Virus record (IMG/VR): IMGVR_UViG_3300045988_160113
Location: 71,791-135,790 of that record
Source: a virus
DNA: 64,000 bases
Strand: one strand, 5' to 3'
Positions 26,937 to 34,958 of this stretch are shown here, piece after piece (position 1 is the first letter of the stretch; each line of letters opens with the position of its first letter). Under the pieces are notes generated by a model. It was not told the DNA's origin and searched no databases. It worked only from the letters and a program-made list of their open reading frames with translations. The position numbers and the translations under genes were made by a program.

Positions 26937-26957
26937 CTAGGAGAAATATCCTAAAAT

Positions 26958-26986
26958 TTGATTTAGTAAGAAATATTTGCTATAAT
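26958..26986 (+). promoter_or_regulatory. sigma70-type promoter
   Basis: TTGATT-17 bp-TATAAT. Confidence 0.6.
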
Positions 26987-27040
26987 ATTTATAGAAAATT
27001 GAGACAAATTATATTTGAAAGGAGAAGTGTAAGAAAGATT

Positions 27041-27721
27041 ATGCTGAATAATGAAGATTATTCAAAGGTGTTGAAAAAGCCTATCAAAGACATGACTATT
27101 GGTGATGTAGTTGAATACTTTGATATCATCTGCGCGCGGAAACATGGCGGTGATGAAGATGTAAAGCGCACTGCTTCTGAATTGAAGGCGCGTTTTATTA
27201 TGGAAGCTCTCTATAAGAATGATGAGTTTTTTTCGAAAGAGCGGCAAGGAAATGTAATCAACGATTGGTATAATAAGACTTGTAAAGACGGTCATCTAAT
27301 ATTAGTACCTTCTTCTTATGAAATTGCCCAAGCAAGAAACTATCTTGATTCTGATTGTAGGCTGCTGTCTCCTCAACTGTTGCGAGACCGACAGAGTGCG
27401 AAGGAACTAAAGAATTTGGTTAGGGAATTTTGTGAAGATAGAGATGCTGGTAGACTTATTCACCCTAATAGTGTCTGTGCCAATCCCGTTTTTGATAGAG
27501 TAAATGGGAAAACTCGACTTATAATTTCCAAGATTGCTAATAATCAACTTTTCGTTCGAGTAATTATCAATGGTTCAGCAAGATATTTCTATGTCAATGT
27601 AAGGTTCAATAGAACACCATTTGCTTATAATTGGTGGAAGATGTATAGTCGTCGCATTACAAAGAAACTTGGGAAAATTATCGACAAACTTGAGAAAGGA
27701 GATTATAATGAACAATTTTGA
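27041..27721 (+). CDS. Hypothetical protein (paralogue B)
   Basis: PIKDMTIGDVVEYFDIICARKHGGDEDVKRTASELKARFIMEALYK. Confidence 0.5.
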   Translation: MLNNEDYSKVLKKPIKDMTIGDVVEYFDIICARKHGGDEDVKRTASELKARFIMEALYKNDEFFSKERQGNVINDWYNKTCKDGHLILVPSSYEIAQARNYLDSDCRLLSPQLLRDRQSAKELKNLVREFCEDRDAGRLIHPNSVCANPVFDRVNGKTRLIISKIANNQLFVRVIINGSARYFYVNVRFNRTPFAYNWWKMYSRRITKKLGKIIDKLEKGDYNEQF

Positions 27722-28358
27722 TGTAACCATTCTTACCCCACAGGGAGATAACTATGTAAAATTATATCCTCTTATTAATGGAGCAATACTTAAAACCAGT
27801 CAGTCTAAACCTGGCAGTTTCAAAAATATTGATATTGAACTAACCAATGAAGGCCTTGAGCAATTGCGCGTATGGCTTGATTGTTACTTCAAAGAACATG
27901 AAGAAGACGAAAAGAAACAAAAGCTAATTTCTAATCGTATGGCCACATATGAAGTATATATTGAAGGATTAGCAGATTTCAAAATTGTCAACTCCGAGAT
28001 TCCTAAAAATACCATTGAGTATTTCAATCACCTAAAAAATTATCTTGATTTTTCAGTTCTCACACCACAATTATATGCTTCTCTTCGTCATACAGTTCTT
28101 ATGGGATTTTACAAAGTAAGTGAAAAAGCAACTCATAAGCTCACTTTAGAATTTTTGATGAGTGGCAATTCAGTAAATACAATTTTGTATAAAATTGAAA
28201 GTTGCGATGACCATATTGGGAGATATGAATTTACAGACGAAGGACTCAAAATTATCCCATTGGGCACAGCTGGGCTAGCAGAAGACCTAAACTTCAAACT
28301 TTGCGCGAAAGCTATCAAAGATATTTATAATGAATTTATGGAGACTGATTATGAATAA
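27708..28358 (+). CDS. Hypothetical protein
   Basis: Start MNNFDVTIL after aaaggag. Confidence 0.5.
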   Translation: MNNFDVTILTPQGDNYVKLYPLINGAILKTSQSKPGSFKNIDIELTNEGLEQLRVWLDCYFKEHEEDEKKQKLISNRMATYEVYIEGLADFKIVNSEIPKNTIEYFNHLKNYLDFSVLTPQLYASLRHTVLMGFYKVSEKATHKLTLEFLMSGNSVNTILYKIESCDDHIGRYEFTDEGLKIIPLGTAGLAEDLNFKLCAKAIKDIYNEFMETDYE

Positions 28359-28365
28359 TCAAATT

Positions 28366-28394
28366 TTGACTTTTTAGAAAAAATTTGTTATAAT
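28366..28394 (+). promoter_or_regulatory. sigma70-type promoter driving a tRNA
   Basis: TTGACT-17 bp-TATAAT. Confidence 0.6.
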
Positions 28395-28489
28395 ATTTAT
28401 AGAAAGTTGAGAGAGAAACAACTTTCTATGATGGCTGCACGGTGGTTTTGCGGTTCCATCGGTCAACATAAATAAACCGTAGTATATAT

Positions 28490-28563
28490 GGCACTGTAAC
28501 CCAATTGGCAGAGGTAAATCACTCAAAATGATTGAAGTATGAATTCGAATTTCATCAGTGCCA
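28490..28563 (+). tRNA. tRNA, anticodon CAA (nominally Leu) but with a short variable loop
   Basis: Hand fold: acceptor ggcactg/cagtgcc, anticodon arm aatca-CTCAAAA-tgatt, T arm atgaa-ttcgaat-ttcat, CCA encoded. Confidence 0.6.
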
Positions 28564-28662
28564 CCATAAAGAATTTGGGATAGAGCAGAAAAGCGCACCT
28601 GCTTGATAAGAGTAACTCCCTCTTCCCTTATTCTTATCTTATGGAGTTAGTAAGGAGTAAAA

Positions 28663-29364
28663 ATGGAAGAATATGGCATATTTCAAATTCTTGAAAAGTT
28701 AGATGAAAGAGATAAATATCATCATCAATTATGTCGTATTAGATGCAAATATTGTGGAAGAGAATTTATTCGAGCATATAGTCAAGTAAAAGCTCCGTCT
28801 TCTTACACAACGGTTTGTAACCATAAAAGGAAAAATGGTGAAGATGTTCAGTATGGGATACACTGGAAAAATTCTCGTATAAGAAGTATTTATGCTGGAA
28901 TTATATCTCGTTGTTTCAATGAGGAGGATAGAGATTATCGTTTTTATGGAGCAAAAGGGGTTTCTATTTGTAAAGATTGGCAAGAGAATCCTTTACATTT
29001 TGAAGATTGGGCTTTAGCTAATGGTTATAAAGATAATCTAACTATTGATAGAGAAGATGAGACTAAAGATTATTCACCTGATAATTGTCGATGGATAACA
29101 GGAGAAGAAAATGCTCGTTGGAAATCAACAACAAATCGAATTGATGTTGATGGAGAAATAAAAACTGGACAGCAATGGGCTAAATATTTGGGTTTTGGTC
29201 CAAATCTTATAAATAGTTATATTAGAAAATATGGATGGGATAATACTGTAGAATTTATTCGTCGTTATAAAGCACATCCATATCAAGGATTGCTACCTCA
29301 TAAAACAAGTTATTATTCTATGTATATGTCTGATAATTATAAAAAGGAGAACAATAATGAATAA
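28663..29364 (+). CDS. HNH_3/AP2-like homing-endonuclease-family DNA-binding protein
   Basis: FYGAKGVSICKDW...LTIDREDETKDYSPDNCRWITGEENARW. Confidence 0.5.
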   Translation: MEEYGIFQILEKLDERDKYHHQLCRIRCKYCGREFIRAYSQVKAPSSYTTVCNHKRKNGEDVQYGIHWKNSRIRSIYAGIISRCFNEEDRDYRFYGAKGVSICKDWQENPLHFEDWALANGYKDNLTIDREDETKDYSPDNCRWITGEENARWKSTTNRIDVDGEIKTGQQWAKYLGFGPNLINSYIRKYGWDNTVEFIRRYKAHPYQGLLPHKTSYYSMYMSDNYKKENNNE

Positions 29365-29572
29365 TTATTCCTACTTTATTGGCGATCGTGTTTTTGTAAA
29401 GGATTATGGTGTTGGAACTATCACCAAGATTGACGAGAAGTCGCGTGACTTCACCTATTTCGTCCGTTTCAAGGGACACGCAAGAGGCTGGTTCCCTGAG
29501 TATCGTCTGAGCGAGTATGTGGAACCAGTTGTGAAGGTAGAATCTTCTGATGAGGAAGTATCTACCCTGTAA
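29357..29572 (+). CDS. Hypothetical protein
   Basis: ORF track. Confidence 0.45.
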   Translation: MNNYSYFIGDRVFVKDYGVGTITKIDEKSRDFTYFVRFKGHARGWFPEYRLSEYVEPVVKVESSDEEVSTL

Positions 29573-29593
29573 ATCCATTATCGACTAACTTTT

Positions 29594-29657
29594 CGCGGCC
29601 TTGTGTAAATTGCTTCATTTATAGATAGATTTTTTGGTAAATTTATACAAGGCCGCG
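29594..29657 (+). other. 18-bp-arm inverted repeat
   Basis: cgcggccttgtgtaaatt ... aatttatacaaggccgcg (one G-T). Loop is 28 nt. Confidence 0.6.
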
Positions 29658-29700
29658 ATAAGAGTTTGCTCTGCGCGCAGAATGTGAGAAAGGAGTAATT

Positions 29701-29907
29701 ATGACTTGCCTTGAACATTTGATTGAGAACACTCTTGATAGTTTCAGTAAACGAAAACCCGTCCAAGAAATCTGTGATAGAATTAGAGAAGATGTAAATT
29801 TATCTGGCTCTGGTCTTACTGTTGAGCAGTGTTATGAAATTTGTCAGTTCATTTTTTACGATGTTCTTCCCTATTCTAATTATTATTTAGAAGATAACAG
29901 ATACTAA
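29701..29907 (+). CDS. Hypothetical protein
   Basis: ORF track. RBS lies within CTGCGCGCAGAATGTGAGAAAGGAG. Confidence 0.45.
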   Translation: MTCLEHLIENTLDSFSKRKPVQEICDRIREDVNLSGSGLTVEQCYEICQFIFYDVLPYSNYYLEDNRY

Positions 29908-29910
29908 AAT

Positions 29911-29939
29911 TTGATTTTTCTCAAAATTTCTGCTATAAT
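29911..29939 (+). promoter_or_regulatory. sigma70-type promoter
   Basis: TTGATT-17 bp-TATAAT. Confidence 0.65.
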
Positions 29940-29970
29940 ATTTATAGAAAGTTGAGAGGAGATACATAAA

Positions 29971-30189
29971 ATGAATACCTTGAATTTTGGTGAATTTTAC
30001 AATGAACTCGATGAGAGTGGTAATTCCACTGGTCGTGTCTATAAATGCATTGGTATCGCCGCAGATTATTACCAGACTGGTGAGGAAGTAGTTCTTATGG
30101 CTCGTATTGGTGATGGTGGCTATTCTAATGGTTTGCTTTATATTCCTGTTGGAGATTTCATGGTAGATTTCGAGGAGATTCGAAAATGA
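29971..30189 (+). CDS. Hypothetical protein
   Basis: ORF track. Confidence 0.45.
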   Translation: MNTLNFGEFYNELDESGNSTGRVYKCIGIAADYYQTGEEVVLMARIGDGGYSNGLLYIPVGDFMVDFEEIRK

Positions 30190-30386
30190 ATGAAGATTAT
30201 GTAAAGGGAGAAATGTTAGAAAATTTCTCCAATTCTAACAAAAATCCAGACTATCCTATTATTTGGAGCGATACTGTATGGGAAGATATGAATGTTCCTA
30301 TGTCTTGTCGAATGTGCAGTAATCATCCTATCAATGGTGGAAGTGGAATTTGCTGGTGCGTTCTCGGAGTTCCAGAAATTAGGTAA
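30186..30386 (+). CDS. Small Cys-rich protein
   Basis: ORF track. Confidence 0.45.
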   Translation: MNEDYVKGEMLENFSNSNKNPDYPIIWSDTVWEDMNVPMSCRMCSNHPINGGSGICWCVLGVPEIR

Positions 30387-30392
30387 ATAAAT

Positions 30393-30464
30393 ATGGGCGT
30401 GGTGTAATTGGTAGCATAATAGTCTCCAAAACTATTGGTTTTCGTTCAAGTCGAAACGCTCATG
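30393..30464 (+). tRNA. tRNA-Trp (CCA)
   Basis: Hand fold: atgggcg/cgctcat, atagt-CTCCAAA-actat, tttcg-ttcaagt-cgaaa, CCA encoded. Confidence 0.7.
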
Positions 30465-30567
30465 CCATGCCACGGCGTCGTAGTGTAATTGGCAACACGG
30501 TGCGTAATAAATAAAAGGAAAGGGTAATAAAAGGAAGAGAGGTATTTTATTTTATGGAGTGGTAGTA

Positions 30568-31347
30568 ATGAAAAAGATTGGTATTTATAAAATTATAAAT
30601 ACGGTGAATGGGAAAATTTATGTTGGTCAGTCTATAAATATTTATGACAGATGGACACAGCATAAGTATAAAAGTATCTATTCTGAAGAATTGGGGTATA
30701 ACTCCGCAATTCATGCTGCAATGAGGAAATATGGTTTTGAAAATTTTGTATTTGAAATTATTGAAGAATGTGAACCGGAATTATTAGACGAAAGAGAAAG
30801 ATATTGGATTGAAAAATTGAATTCTTTGACTCCAAATGGTTACAATATCATGCCTGGAGGACAGAAAAATAAAAGAATAATTCATAGATGCTGTGATTGT
30901 GGAGCGATAATTAGCAAAGGTGCGAAAAGATGTGAAAAATGTGCTCATAAAAATCAAGAAAGAGCAAAAAATCCTTTTGAACCTTTGGAATTAGCAGAAG
31001 AAATTAAAGAAAAGGGCTTTGAAGCTTTGGGCAAAGAGTATGGGTATACAAATGGGCGCCCTATAAAAAAATGGTGTAAGCAACTTGGTTTACCAGTGTA
31101 TAAAGAAGAAATTATTAAATGGTATGATGAACAAATGGGGATAAAACCTCCTGAAAAAGTTCAAAAAAAGAATAAGGAAAGGCCAGTTTATAAAATAGAT
31201 TTACAAACAGGAGAGATTTTAGAAGTTTTTTCAAGCATAGCAGAAGCAGCAAGAAGCATTGGAAAAAAGAAAGGTAACCATATTACAGAGGTTTGTAAAG
31301 GAAAATTTCTTTCTGCTTATGGCTATGGGTGGAAATATGTAGAATAA
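30568..31347 (+). CDS. GIY-YIG homing endonuclease (I-TevI-like)
   Basis: GIYKIINTVNGKIYVGQSINIYDRWTQH...RERYWIEKL...NGYN, followed by a Zn-finger/HTH tail. Confidence 0.85.
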   Translation: MKKIGIYKIINTVNGKIYVGQSINIYDRWTQHKYKSIYSEELGYNSAIHAAMRKYGFENFVFEIIEECEPELLDERERYWIEKLNSLTPNGYNIMPGGQKNKRIIHRCCDCGAIISKGAKRCEKCAHKNQERAKNPFEPLELAEEIKEKGFEALGKEYGYTNGRPIKKWCKQLGLPVYKEEIIKWYDEQMGIKPPEKVQKKNKERPVYKIDLQTGEILEVFSSIAEAARSIGKKKGNHITEVCKGKFLSAYGYGWKYVE

Positions 31348-31349
31348 AT

Positions 31350-31420
31350 GTCGTATTGGTGTAATGCTAGCATAAGACACTTCCAATGTCTTGGTGGCAG
31401 TTGGAATCTGCTATACGACC
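31350..31420 (+). tRNA. tRNA-Gly (TCC)
   Basis: gtcgtat/atacgac, agaca-CTTCCAA-tgtct. T loop ttggaat. Starts 3 nt after the HEG stop. Confidence 0.65.
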
Positions 31421-31525
31421 CCATCGTCACACACTCCGTGACGAAAATTCTCTTTCCCCCCTTTCCTTTGCCCTGGCAGGCGGCATTATAGTCTGCTTTC
31501 CCCCTCAATAGTAATATATATATAT

Positions 31526-31599
31526 GGAGCAGTAACTCAGTTTGGTAGAGTAGCGGTCTTTTAAGCCGTCTGTCGGGTGTTCGAATCACCTCTGCTTCA
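31526..31599 (+). tRNA. tRNA-Lys (TTT)
   Basis: ggagcag/ctgcttc, gcggt-CTTTTAA-gccgt, gggtg-ttcgaat-cacct, CCA. Confidence 0.75.
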
Positions 31600-31605
31600 C
31601 CATAC

Positions 31606-31678
31606 GGGAGATTAGCTCAGTTGGTAGAGCGCGTGACTGTTAATCACGATGGCGTAAGTTCGAACCTTACATTTCCCG
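31606..31678 (+). tRNA. tRNA-Asn (GTT)
   Basis: gggagat/atttccc, gctc-agttggta-gagc, cgtga-CTGTTAA-tcacg, gtaag-ttcgaac-cttac, CCA. Confidence 0.8.
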
Positions 31679-31828
31679 CCAAGGTTACCACTGAGCCGTA
31701 AAGTGGCGGGTGAAATTCTCGATAGCTGGGGTCTGAGTTTTACGCTATCTCTTTTGACATGGGGTTAAAGCGGTTAATCAGAATTAAATGAGGAAACAGT
31801 GTCATTAATCTCTACCAGCAAATTTTAT

Positions 31829-31902
31829 GGGACAATAGCTTATGAGGTCTGAGCACTGGTCTGAAAAACCAGAGGGTGATGGATCGTTACCATCTTGTCC
31901 CA
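31829..31902 (+). tRNA. tRNA-Phe (GAA), atypical T loop
   Basis: gggacaa/ttgtccc, ctggt-CTGAAAA-accag, gatgg-atcgtta-ccatc, CCA. Confidence 0.6.
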
Positions 31903-31933
31903 CCATTTGAAATTCATTATAAAGATGACGCTA

Positions 31934-32005
31934 TGGTGCGGTAGTTTAGTTGGTAAAACGGAGGACTTATAATCCTTTGTCTCTTGTTCAAACCAAGGGC
32001 GCACC
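31934..32005 (+). tRNA. tRNA-Ile (TAT)
   Basis: gttt/aaac D stem, gagga-CTTATAA-tcctt, tcttg-ttcaaac-caagg, CCA. One acceptor mismatch. Confidence 0.6.
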
Positions 32006-32017
32006 ACCACTTCAAAA

Positions 32018-32046
32018 TTTGACAAATCCACAAATTTTTGCTATAC
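32018..32046 (+). promoter_or_regulatory. sigma70-type promoter
   Basis: TTGACA-17 bp-TATACT. Confidence 0.6.
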
Positions 32047-32098
32047 TATATGTACAAACTAAGAAATGAATCTAAATAATTTTGAAAAGGAGAACGAA

Positions 32099-33994
32099 AT
32101 GAATAACACTATTGACCTTACTAAGGCACTTCTCCATTTTTCCCATGTGGTTCTTGATACTACTTCTACTGGTCGTGGTAATTATTTTACTAACGATGAT
32201 TTTATGGAGTGTGGTATTTTATTCCTCAAGTCTGATGGCACTGAATTCAAGGGTGTAATTCCCGAAGACATTGCTAAACTCGTTTTCGACGAATTTGACA
32301 TCACTCATTCTGCTATCAATACTTTTCATAAGTCTTGGGAGAAGGTAGCAAATGCTGATTATAATCAGCTACTCATTGAGCAGGTACTTCATTATATGTC
32401 TACTTATGGCATGGAATTTTTTGGTGCTCGCGCAGTGCCTATGATTCCCGTTGAGGAACTAATCGCTGACCCGAATGCTCGTCCTAGTTATAATGCCATT
32501 CGTATTATTACTGTTGTAAGCGAGGACGAAGCACAGAAGCTTATCAATGAGTTTCTTATGTCTGTCAAGGCTCCTAACCAGATGTTTATGCCCGAGTATG
32601 AGGCTTATGTTCGCTCGGCTACTATTACCGCAGAGGACATTGCTTCTTTTGAGTTGAAGTGCGTCTGGTATGAGTATCATAATAGCGTGCCTGAGCGTGG
32701 TCAGGAGTTTTTGCGCTATGCGATGTATAAGATGATTGGGTCTACTTTGATTATCAAGAACAATCGTACTATCAAGTCTCTTCAGAGTGCTTGTGAGCGC
32801 GAACCTGCCAAGGCATATAACCTGTTTAAGAATGCGAATACGGTGGAATTAGCTAAGTGCTTCTTCCGTTTCAAGCCTTTGTTCCTTGCATTCAAGAAGT
32901 CTAAGCCTTGTGCGCCGATTATCAATGAGATTCGTCGTCTTGCTGATGTATTCCATAAGCCTATGGGTGAACTGACCATTCAGAATGTGTCTAAGCTGAT
33001 GAAGCAGGGTCGCTATGAAGAGGCTGGTAAGGTTCTCAAGACCGCAGATAATCGTCAGTTAATCAAGTTGATGAATTATTTTGCTACGGATGATAGAGTA
33101 AAAGCGCCTGCTGTTTTCAACATTCGCAATGGCAAGATTCATGTTCGTGAGGATTTCAAGCGTTTGAATGCCGGTGCAGCAATGGTTTTTGCGGAACTCG
33201 TAGAGAAGAATCAGTATTCTCTTGCTGGTAAAACTTTCTATATTCCCTCTTATATCCATTATGCTGCGCCTGTGAGTGAAAAGCAGATGATTGGTGATAT
33301 TCCTTATGGCACTCTGCTTGAAGCACCTCAATCTGGTAAGTTCTCTGCGGCGATTTGCTGGGATAACTACAAGGGAATGAGAACTGATATTGACCTGCAT
33401 ATGAATAGCAAGAATGCTTCGTTTGGTTGGAATAGTGCTTATCGTGGCCGTGATGGAGAGATTCTGTACTCTGGTGATATGACCGATGCAACTCATGGTG
33501 CGGCTGAAGCATTTTATTTTGAACCACAGGAAGATGTGTTTATTCTGAGCGCAAATAACTATACTGGTGTGCCGAACGTGCCTTTCAAGTTTTTCATTAG
33601 TGATGCTCAACCTAAAGCGCGTTCTTATCGTGATGCGACTCCTCCTATTGATGTGGAGAGTGCCCTGTTCCCTGCCGTTCCTCTTCGCTTTGCGGCAGGT
33701 AATGGAACCGGTATTGGTATTTTCAATGGCTGCGACTTCTACTTTTATGGTGGAATGCTCGATAGGGGTATTGTTCCTGACCGGAATAAGTATCCTATGT
33801 TCATTGATGGTATTGTTGACCGACTGGATAGAATGATGGACCTCGAAGTTTTCATTCGTATCTGCGGCGGCACTGTTATCAATGAGATGCCTGAGGATGG
33901 AGAGATTGATAAGGATATTATCGACCTTTCTCCTAACACTCTTACTGCGCGCACCCTATTTGACATTGTTGATGGGGTGCTCGCTAAGAAGTAA
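32099..33994 (+). CDS. Large protein (631 aa) with possible TerD-like C-terminal region
   Basis: Start at ATG after aaaggag. TDIDLHMNSKNASFGWNSAYRGRDGEILYSGDMTDATHGAAEAFYF resembles the TerD Ca-binding pattern. Confidence 0.55.
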   Translation: MNNTIDLTKALLHFSHVVLDTTSTGRGNYFTNDDFMECGILFLKSDGTEFKGVIPEDIAKLVFDEFDITHSAINTFHKSWEKVANADYNQLLIEQVLHYMSTYGMEFFGARAVPMIPVEELIADPNARPSYNAIRIITVVSEDEAQKLINEFLMSVKAPNQMFMPEYEAYVRSATITAEDIASFELKCVWYEYHNSVPERGQEFLRYAMYKMIGSTLIIKNNRTIKSLQSACEREPAKAYNLFKNANTVELAKCFFRFKPLFLAFKKSKPCAPIINEIRRLADVFHKPMGELTIQNVSKLMKQGRYEEAGKVLKTADNRQLIKLMNYFATDDRVKAPAVFNIRNGKIHVREDFKRLNAGAAMVFAELVEKNQYSLAGKTFYIPSYIHYAAPVSEKQMIGDIPYGTLLEAPQSGKFSAAICWDNYKGMRTDIDLHMNSKNASFGWNSAYRGRDGEILYSGDMTDATHGAAEAFYFEPQEDVFILSANNYTGVPNVPFKFFISDAQPKARSYRDATPPIDVESALFPAVPLRFAAGNGTGIGIFNGCDFYFYGGMLDRGIVPDRNKYPMFIDGIVDRLDRMMDLEVFIRICGGTVINEMPEDGEIDKDIIDLSPNTLTARTLFDIVDGVLAKK

Positions 33995-34005
33995 ATAAAT
34001 TTTTG

Positions 34006-34403
34006 GCATAGAGAGTTCCTTTTTTCTATAATCTTGCCGAGAGATAGACTAATACCTATTATTAGGACTATCTTTTGGCGCATACTTGAAGAAAACTCTC
34101 CGCCAACGATTAGCATAGATAGTTCCTTTATGGAGAAAATACTATCCGCTAATCCTATATAAGCGCACAAGTAGTTCCTTTATTCAAATATTAAGAAACA
34201 ATAATTTACACTACTCGCGCTAATCACCTCCTTACGCCGCATAGAAAGTTCCTCTAAAAAGGTATTCTTCAGAAAATATTGATTTACTTTCCGCGGCAAT
34301 TTACTTTGAATGTATAGCATCGAGAGTTCCTTTTGCCGAAAGGCGCTAGACTGCTAATCTAATTTTCACTCTCCGCTATATTGGTCGCATAAGAACTTCC
34401 TTT
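34006..34403 (+). repeat. Six degenerate 17-bp direct repeats (GCAyAGArAGTTCCTTT), iteron-like
   Basis: Copies at 34006, 34113, 34165, 34239, 34317 and 34387. Each later copy is preceded by CTCyCCGCtAA. Confidence 0.7.
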
Positions 34404-34450
34404 TTCTAATAGATATTTAGGTTATTTATGTTAGTTCTCGCGACTAAAAT

Positions 34451-34479
34451 TTGAAATTTTTATAAAAGTATTATATAAT
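34451..34479 (+). promoter_or_regulatory. sigma70-type promoter with conserved leader
   Basis: TTGAAA-17 bp-TATAAT, then ATATATAGAAAGTGAGGGAAAG. Confidence 0.65.
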
Positions 34480-34504
34480 ATATATAGAAAGTGAGGGAAA
34501 GAAT

Positions 34505-34957
34505 ATGAGATTTTATTCTGATATGCTTGAGAAGTTTTTTGATAGTGAAGAAGAGTGTCTTTGGGCTGAGAAGGAAACTCTTGATAAGAGTCGTAAAGCA
34601 ATTCAGCGTGCGAATGATGAACTAGAACTCAAAGACCTTCATAAGAAAATTAGCAATTTGCGTGCAGAGCTTGAGAATAGTTTTGAAGAGTATTATCGGC
34701 TTCAGTATGTGTATTTTGATAATTATGGTGTTCTTTGTGACATGACTGAAGAAGAAGGCCATCCTGACCCTGTGGGTGAAAAGGGTGAAAAGGGTGACTG
34801 TGACTGTGATTGTGTCTGTAAGTGTAGCGATGATGATAATTGTGATTGTGCCACTAAGGATGAAGATGATTTCAATCCTATCACCATTCATATGACCACT
34901 TATCGTCCTTTCAAGGATACTTATCCTCATCTGTGGAAATTTTTTGGAGGTAAGTGA
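34505..34957 (+). CDS. Hypothetical protein with GEKGEKGD and CDCDC segment
   Basis: ORF track. Confidence 0.5.
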   Translation: MRFYSDMLEKFFDSEEECLWAEKETLDKSRKAIQRANDELELKDLHKKISNLRAELENSFEEYYRLQYVYFDNYGVLCDMTEEEGHPDPVGEKGEKGDCDCDCVCKCSDDDNCDCATKDEDDFNPITIHMTTYRPFKDTYPHLWKFFGGK

Positions 34958-34958
34958 T

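Noticed and set aside
28374-32031. Minus-strand ORFs overlapping tRNA genes (28374-28598, 31323-31589, 31840-32031)
   Set aside because: They coincide with well-folding tRNAs on the + strand, and no expression signals are present.
34006-34403. The repeat array as a CRISPR array
   Set aside because: The repeats are only ~17 bp, degenerate and irregularly spaced (52-107 bp). They lack a palindromic repeat structure, and no cas genes are in the window.
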